Assembly (NCBI RefSeq): GCF_000281045.1
Contig: NW_008246179.1
Span: 1 to 42,186 of the forward strand
Length of the DNA: 42,186 nt
Direction of reading: 5' to 3'
Origin: Saprolegnia diclina VS20
Lineage: Eukaryota
Shown here: positions 34,981 to 42,186 of the stretch, one piece after another
How the letters are laid out: each line of letters starts with the position of its first letter
How positions within the stretch are numbered: the first letter of the stretch is position 1
Notes under the pieces: model-generated
Database searches by the model: none
Told to the model about the DNA's origin: nothing
The model's input: only the letters and a program-made list of their open reading frames with translations
Program-made: the position numbers and the translations under genes

Positions 34981-35762
34981 ACTGACTGTACCACGATACT
35001 ATCTCGGCTAGAAAATCCCGTCCTTGCCACCTCCCGAGGCGGCATAGCTACAGGAATATGTGATTGCAACCAAAAACGACAAGTGAAGCCCTTGATTTGC
35101 ACTGTGATATCCGCTCGCTCTCGCTCGCTTACGACGGAGACATAGCACAGAAGCTTGCGATTGGAAATGTAATTGGCGGGCGGTTGGTTGGTACGACGAA
35201 TGTTCGCGAGGTGCGTATTGGCACATATACCATGCGTACTACAGTAGCACGGATCGCTGGTCTTGGCAGCTTCATTGTGCGTTTATAGGAAGAAAGGTTC
35301 ACCGTCACGGGTCACACCGAGGCTCGGCAACGTCGCACACTTGTAGACGCCATCGATCATCCATGACCGCTCGCCACGAGATAGCCAATCGCAAAGTGAA
35401 CCATCGCTTCATCGCACGGACGGTGCCACGGTGAATGGTCCACTTGTTCCAGCGACTGGCTTTGGAATCCACACGTGCACCATTTGGGGCACATTTTGAC
35501 ATCATGCTGTTGGCCACTCGCATACCACATCACCGACCTCACCAGCAACAAGGTATAGTAGCTTCAACTGCGCAATCTGCACAACGCCATCTGGCACTGT
35601 CATCTAAGCCGCACGGTCTACAAAAGGCGCGCCACCACCATGCGGCGGTGAGCTGCCTGTGTGCGGCCATGATCGCGCGCGACGTTGTCGTCACCGCGAT
35701 GTCGATCGTTCCCAACTTGATCACTTTCTCTTTTGCTCGCCACCACTCGAAGACGATCAACC

Positions 35763-36975
35763 ATGTCCTGCGGCAAGCAAAGCGCAATCGTCTTTACGCT
35801 CGGTGTCATCACGTCGATTCCCGCCATCATGTATGTCTCGCATCTACATACTCCGAGTGAATAACACTTTTCCAGCTTGGTCAAGGCCATGTACGAGGTC
35901 CACGTAACTGTCGACGACCGCACGTTTGCCTTTGAGCGGCCCCTCTTTTGCGTTTGGCTCATGTTTTTGAGCATGGTCCTGGCGTTTCCGCTGCACGTCC
36001 TCTTCCGCAACGGTAATAAGCATCCATCCTGACGAAAAGCCAGAAACCTCATGCATTTAACAACCTGTAGGTCGGATCTTGACGCGCCGTGGCTTCCTCC
36101 TCGCAGCGATCCCGTCGCTTTTTGCGCTCGTGGAGATGTTCTTTGGGTATCTCGCACTCCTCTACATCTCGCCGAGCGTCGACACGATGATCATTGGCAG
36201 CCAAATCGCATTTGTCGCGCTCTTCAAGCGCATCTTTCTCTGCCACACGATCCACACGTACGAGTGGCTCGGGGTTTGCCTCAACATGGCGGCCGCTTGC
36301 CTCGTCGGCACGTCAAGCATCCTCGGCGCAGGCCACTCTGCAGCGTCGGCCAACCCGCTCCTCGGCGTCGGTTTTTCATTTTTGAGCTGCGTCGTCAGCG
36401 CCATGCACAGCGTCGTTGAAGAGTATTTGCTTTCGGACCCGAGCGTAGCCCTGCCACCGATGGCACTCGTCAGCGTACAAGGCGTGTGGGGGCTCGTCTT
36501 GACGACGTTTCTGGCATACCCGATCGCGTACCTCGTGCCAGGCAACGACGCTGGGTCCTACGAGCGCCTTGATATCACCCTCCAAGTGCTCGCGACGTCG
36601 AGATCGATCCAATGGCTCGTCCTTGCGCAGCTCGTCGCGCTTTTGCTCATGAACGTCTTTCGCATGCTCGTACTCTTTCAGCTCGATGCTCTCTGGGTCT
36701 CGATCATGAACAACTTTCGAACCGGCGGTGTGTGGGCCGTGAACCTCGTCTTGTACCATGCCATCACTCATGGTGCATTTGGCGAGGTGTGGACGCACTG
36801 GAGCTACCTCCAGCTCGTCGGAATGCTTGTGCTCTTTGTGGGCACGGCCGTCCATGACGGCCAGTTCCACAAACAGGCCGCCGTGGTCCAAAAGACGAGT
36901 GTTGAAACCGTGCCAATGACGCCGTGCGAACACACCACTTCGTTTGAGCTTTTTCCCGACAAGACCGTGGTGTAG
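35763..36975 (+). CDS. SLC35F6-like drug/metabolite (nucleotide-sugar) transporter
   Basis: Spliced start MSCGKQSAIVFTLGVITSIPAII|LVKAMYEV...FERPLFCVWLMFLSMVLAFP with introns 35831-35875 and 36013-36070. Multi-TM body with LLYISPSV, VALFKRIFL, VVEEYLL, QGVWG, NFRTGGVW and FGEVWTHWSYLQLVG. Confidence 0.85.
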
Positions 36976-37115
36976 AATGTGTCAGTGGACAACCTGTCAA
37001 ATCAATAATCTCATGAATAGATGTAATGTATCTACGGTAATGCACCCGTCCAAGTAAAGTGTCATCACAAACCAACTCATGCATATATTAGTGGGTGTCA
37101 ATGATGGTCGGCAGG

Positions 37116-37830
37116 TAGGAGTTTTTCAGGTAGGATTTTTTTACGCGATCTGATTGGCCAAAATTGAGTCCATTTTTTGCGAAATCTACCGGCCAAACTA
37201 CCTGTACCTGCCGCTCTACCTGCGCGAAAAATCGTGCAGGTAGAGTGGCAGGTACAGGTAGTTTGGCAGGTAGGAAACCCGGACCTCGGAAACCCGGACC
37301 TTGGCCTCATGGACGTCGACCGCGATGCACACGCGGCCAGCGAGGCGACCTAAGCTATCTTTGCTTCGTCTACGATGATGCGCGCATCTGCTAGCGCCTC
37401 GCGTAGGTCGCGTTGTCGAGGCCGTACGTACACATCGCCGCGGAGGCTTGGCCCGCATGCCCGCCGCCCTGCCAATGCGGTTCCCGTGAGTGCACCTAGC
37501 CATCAAGCCCATTGCCGTCGCTGCTGTGAGCCACCATACACATGCGGCGTCCAGGGCGGGTCCGTGGGAGCCTCCCAGTGGTCACGTCAGAGCATCGTTG
37601 GCGGCGCTTCGACCTGTGCTGTGCGATGCAAAATCAAAAATGGCCGAGCGCGATGCTTCTCGGCCAATCAAGTCAGTAACGCGATTCTATTGGTCGACAC
37701 CTTCGATAGACCTGGCCGACCTGCCGAGGACCTGTGGAGCGACCTGTTTGGGAATGTTTCCGATCGAGTGCTTCCTTTTCATTGGACAAAAAGCCGTCAA
37801 AATGATTTGGCGCTACCTGAAAAACTCCTA
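37116..37830. mobile_element. Putative non-autonomous DNA transposon (MITE) with 16-bp perfect TIRs and TA target-site duplication
   Basis: Left end TA|GGAGTTTTTCAGGTAG (37116-37133), right end CTACCTGAAAAACTCC|TA (37813-37830). Internal 42-bp hairpin at 37186-37273 and a tandem ggaaacccggacct repeat. No credible ORF. Confidence 0.75.
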
Positions 37831-37868
37831 TTGTGGCTTGCATAGCGCGTGGCCATTTTCACCTCCAA

Positions 37869-37903
37869 AAAACCATCGATTAGCAGCGATAATCGATGGT
37901 TTT
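37869..37903. repeat. 14-bp-arm perfect hairpin
   Basis: aaaaccatcgatta-gcagcga-taatcgatggtttt. Confidence 0.85.
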
Positions 37904-38084
37904 ATTAGATAATCGAGGCATAGCGCGACATGCGTAAATTATAAATTCTGGTGGGACAGTCTCCAAAAAAGAATATAACTATTACAAAATATACGCCATG
38001 TATTTGTATGCTATATTTATGGTTTGACTAAAGATGTCGAGCAGGCCACCCGCTTTTGTCTCTTTTGTCATTTGACACCTTAGC

Positions 38085-38232
38085 CCACGCCTCAAGCGAG
38101 CGCTAACCTGAGCGCTAATCAATGGATAGCGGAGGATAATCCGAAGGTTTGCATTTCTGAAATGGCAAACCTTCGGATTATCCTCCGCTATTCAATGATT
38201 AGAGCTCAGGTTAGCGCTCGCTTGAGGCGTGG
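38085..38232. repeat. Near-perfect ~148-bp palindrome (foldback)
   Basis: ccacgcctcaagcgagcgctaacctgagc...aaggtttgcatttc-t-gaaatggcaaacctt...gctcaggttagcgctcgcttgaggcgtgg, with only a few mismatches and one indel. Confidence 0.95.
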
Positions 38233-38499
38233 CTGCGGACGGCTAGGAGGAGCGCTGGCCATTGAATAGCAACGGATGACCGCTATCCAGTGGTTTGCGC
38301 TCCTGCTCAAGGGATATCCGTGGACTAACAGCAAAGCGCAAACGCTATGCGTAATGTAGCTCGGGGGCGAGACGGAGCTCCTGGTCACGGCACTTCTTCT
38401 CCACAGCGCTCACTGCCACAACTCCACGTCTCTTCCTGGTGCTAAGATCCAAGCCGCTTTAGTGCTTAGCGCGGCACGGTGCGCATTATTAGTCAAGAC

Positions 38500-39196
38500 A
38501 GTTGCGGTCATGGCTAGTTTCCGCTGGGTTTGCACGTGGGCGCTCGCGTTTAAGCCACGAAAACACGATGTTATTGCGTTATCTGGCACTACGCTACATG
38601 GCAGCGGCTATGAGCCTTCTCCACTGCGGTGTATGGGTAGGCGACGGAGCCGTGGCGCACGCGGCGCTTGAGCTCCTGCTGCGCAGGCGCCATCATCGGC
38701 GCGTTGCCGACGCTCACGCCGGACGAGCATGTCCCCGAGCCAAACGTCTTCGTATCTCTTGCGGTTCTTGACCACCTAGCTACTAGCAGCGATCTGTACC
38801 TAGAGGATGGTGTCGATGCGGCACACGATGAGCGCATTGCCGGCGTGCATGCTCGCGCTCATCCCACGGCCATCGCTCGTCTAACGCCGGCCGCGCAGCG
38901 CTGCGCCGCGCAATGGTCGCTCCTTCGACAGCCTTGCGCACGTGCTGCTGCTATCGGTACTGTTGCACGAAGGTGGTCTCGACGAAGCGCCGGGTGTGCG
39001 CAGCCGGGTGCTGTACGCCATAGTCGGGTACGGGAGGCGTGCCGCAGAGGGGCCGTGGGCGCCACGGACCAGTCTGCACCTGCAAGGGATCGACCGTCAG
39101 CGCACGCGCGGCGCGGCGGCCTACATCGTGTCGACATGGTTGATGCGCGCCCCTCGAGTCCGAGGACGCACGCCGGTGCACGTTCAAAATGGTTGA
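38500..39196 (+). pseudogene. Possible degraded gene with an Smr-like C-terminal fragment
   Basis: The fragment LLLSVLLHEGGL...VLYAIVGYGRRA...AAAYIVSTWL weakly resembles an Smr-domain (I-V-x-G-x-G) segment. The upstream frames are broken. Confidence 0.25.
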
Positions 39197-39541
39197 CCAT
39201 GCCGGCTGTTGACCTATTGCCAAACGTCTCGCTACTAAATCGCTACTAAACGATGGTTAGCGAGCTAACCAACGGGTAGCTCAGCCAATCACATGGCCGC
39301 ATTTCGGTCCCTCTTTTTGGCAAAGCCAGCTTATCACATTTCATAATATATCAAACTTCGACAGGTTTTGCGAGAAAAAATATATTGGCGGAGCAGCCTC
39401 GATCATCGCCGACACGCGCTATGCAAAGCACAATACCTGCCGACCATCATTGACACCCACTATTATGTATTGCTAACGATTATGGGGCCACCCATCAACG
39501 TAATTCGGATGCACAAATAAAAACTTCTTAAGTTGCGAGAA

Positions 39542-40011
39542 NNNNNNNNNNNNNNNNNNNNNNNNNNNNNNNNNNNNNNNNNNNNNNNNNNNNNNNNNNN
39601 NNNNNNNNNNNNNNNNNNNNNNNNNNNNNNNNNNNNNNNNNNNNNNNNNNNNNNNNNNNNNNNNNNNNNNNNNNNNNNNNNNNNNNNNNNNNNNNNNNNN
39701 NNNNNNNNNNNNNNNNNNNNNNNNNNNNNNNNNNNNNNNNNNNNNNNNNNNNNNNNNNNNNNNNNNNNNNNNNNNNNNNNNNNNNNNNNNNNNNNNNNNN
39801 NNNNNNNNNNNNNNNNNNNNNNNNNNNNNNNNNNNNNNNNNNNNNNNNNNNNNNNNNNNNNNNNNNNNNNNNNNNNNNNNNNNNNNNNNNNNNNNNNNNN
39901 NNNNNNNNNNNNNNNNNNNNNNNNNNNNNNNNNNNNNNNNNNNNNNNNNNNNNNNNNNNNNNNNNNNNNNNNNNNNNNNNNNNNNNNNNNNNNNNNNNNN
40001 NNNNNNNNNNN
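39542..40011. other. Assembly gap (N run)
   Basis: Run of n characters. Confidence 1.
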
Positions 40012-40367
40012 TGACAAGCGCTAGCTCACCAGATTGAGAGAGATAACTCCCTTCGTATAGCTAGCGCGTGCTATGCGTGATGGGCAGCTCTCATGCAAGC
40101 CTAACGAGGTTGAGCGGTTGGAGACGGATGCGAATGACATGTTTGGTGCTCGAGTGGGGCGCGCTCGTTCGTCTACACTGCTGGACCTCGTACTTCCAAG
40201 GCGCAGTTTTCGTTGCTGCGCGTGCTCCCGATGTCATGTCCGGGGCTGCATTGGTACATCCTCTTTTGCGTCGCGCCAAAGCACGAGGCAGCGATGAAAT
40301 ACCTCCTACACATTGAGCTCGTTGCATTACCTACCGCCTTCAGAATACCCTATCTACAGCTCCCAGT

Positions 40368-41199
40368 TTACACATAACAAAACGTAACAACAAATCGTGT
40401 CAGTGGACCGCAGTCGTGCGTCTTGTGGCTGTTGGGCACTTGATAGATGCTCGGACACGTCGCGTTCGCACAGTAGGCGCTCACACACGATGGCTCGACG
40501 ACACCAAAGACCTCGACGCTCACGGGGACGTTGAAAGACGAGTGCGTCCCTGGTGCGCACAGGTCCCAGCTCGACCCACAAGCAACGGGCACCACACTCA
40601 GGTCGTACCAGACACGGGCTCCATCCCAGTTGAACTCAAACACTAGACAGGTATCATGAGCGACGAGGCCCGGATCAAATCATGGAGGACATACACGTGG
40701 CGTCGACGGACGCGCCGAGACGGGCCATCGCCGACGTGCCAACGTCCGAAAACTTAAAATCGATCGACGCGCCGTACGGTAGCGGCGCTACGTGGTCGGG
40801 CGCATTGAGCCAGCGCCAATACAGCGCGTTCTGCGCCGTGCCATTGCAGTAGTTGATAAAACGGTACGTTCCCGGCGGCTGCGCCGTCCGCGCTTCGAAG
40901 GCGCGACTAGTGCTTGGCGTCGGTGTCGTCGGTGCGGGTGTCGGCACTACGCTTGGCTCGACGATCGTGCCTTGTACAGAGACCTGGGGCGCGGCTGTCG
41001 TTGGTGACGGTACCTAGTTTACATTGGTATCGATCGATCTGGACCCGAGAATACGTACACCACCAGGCGCGGAGGCGTCAATGTGGCCAGCACCGCTGGA
41101 CGTGCTCGTGAGGAAGACGAGGAGCGCGGCGACGACGAAGATGAGGACCGAGGTCCCGAGCGCAGTGTACAAGCGGCGCTGCCACTTGGGAACGTACAT
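40368..41199 (-). CDS. Small thaumatin-like (TLP/Bys1-type) domain protein with N-terminal TM anchor and Pro/Thr stalk
   Basis: Exons 41199-41059, 41013-40695 and 40642-40368. Product: MYVPKWQRRLYTALGTSVLIFVVAALLVFLTS...PTPAPTTPTPS...YRFINYC...ATLFEFNW...VWYDLSVVP...FNVPVSV...C...CPSIYQVPN...THDC...FVVTFC. Confidence 0.8.
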
Positions 41200-41979
41200 G
41201 GCGATCGATGATGATCGCAAATGCGACTCTGCTGGCGCCACTCGCGACCGCGTTCGGCGACTCGCACGTGATTGGCGCCCGCTGGCCAGTGGCAGATGTA
41301 GCTTCCTTGGGCAGTGGGATCGGCGACGCATTACCAATCGCGGCCGCGCTTCACGGCTCCCGTCTTCTTACGATCGAGCCTACTAGTACATATCCGCCGA
41401 TAGAGACGGTCGCGATCGTGGAGGGCTCGTGACGCCGCCGACGTCGAGCGCGCCGGGCCCATTTAGAACGCGTTGAGGACACACAAGATGGGCGATGGGC
41501 ATTGAAGTTGGCGCCCACATGGCACTGATCTTGTCATCTCGTTCGTGCCACCGCTCTTTTTGACGACGATGATGAGGGACAAGACCGCGTCGTTCACAAC
41601 AAGAAGTCTCTGCGGTGATTGTAGCCTTGACTGGAGAAAACATCGAAGCGCATGCGTACCCGCACCGCATGCGTTCGGCCGGCGTGACCAACGTGCCGTC
41701 ACGGCCACACAAGTGTCTTGGAGTAGCCAATGACTTGGATACGCAAATGACGTGAACGCCGCTCGCCTGGTCGAGGGAGCTCTGGTCCGTCTTGGCTTTG
41801 CAGCATCAACAGCGATCCGCCCGTCTTTCCAAGTCGCGTCGATGGAAAGGCGGCACGTCCCGGTGGTTCGAAACCGCGACACGTTGAATTGGACAGCCCC
41901 GCTGGTACTGGAGTCGTCTGTGAGCAACCACATTAGAGGTTAACGTCGGTGGTATCATAGCTGTACTACTAGTATTACT

Positions 41980-42186
41980 TTAGCAGTAGATCGTGATAAT
42001 GTACGAGGACGACTGATCGCAGACCCACGTCTGCTTGTCGTTGGGCACTTGGTACGCATCAGAGCAGCCCTTTTGCATGCACGTGAGGTTCTTGCAGCTA
42101 GGGCCACCCTTGGGGTTGACGACTTCGACCTTCATACCAACGTTAAAGCCCTTGCCCTTGCCGGTGCAGAAGTCCCACGACGCGCC
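41980..42186 (-). CDS. 3' end of a second, tandem thaumatin-like gene (partial; not in the ORF track)
   Basis: Minus translation GASWDFCTGKGKGFNVGMKVEVVNPKGGPSCKNLTCMQKGCSDAYQVPNDKQTWVCDQSSSYIITIYC* aligns with the C-terminal half of the 40368-41199 protein. Confidence 0.85.
   Translation of the reverse strand, partial: GASWDFCTGKGKGFNVGMKVEVVNPKGGPSCKNLTCMQKGCSDAYQVPNDKQTWVCDQSSSYIITIYC

Noticed and set aside
41383..41943. 156-aa minus ORF between the thaumatin-like genes
   Set aside because: No thaumatin motifs, weak codon bias and no recognisable family.

Overview
Eukaryotic, GC-rich genomic DNA with many very short (about 41-60 nt) GT-AG introns and two N-gaps. Gene content and intron size suggest an oomycete, probably Saprolegniales (inference). 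The left 16 kb is one giant minus-strand gene (16157 to <1, at least 7 exons, >5,200 aa, running off the window). The ORF track misses most of it because the ~9.7 kb last exon has no stop. It encodes a signal-peptide-like N-terminus, two PSI-like Cys modules and roughly 4,400 aa of Gly/Ser/Thr-rich ~15-aa beta-type repeats. These are followed by an internal Peptidase S74 / intramolecular-chaperone autocleavage domain (YPSDRRIK, phage tailspike/MYRF type), then more repeats. This is the best candidate for an undescribed system: a self-cleaving, trimeric, tail-fibre-like extracellular filament. The rest holds a small membrane protein, a decayed helicase-associated(HA)-repeat gene with an inverted paralog fragment forming a hairpin, BBS9, a METTL2/6-type methyltransferase head-to-head with RNase H2B, an RBM26/27-like gene, V-ATPase A, an SLC35F6-like transporter, a TA-flanked MITE, a 150-bp palindrome and two tandem thaumatin-like genes.
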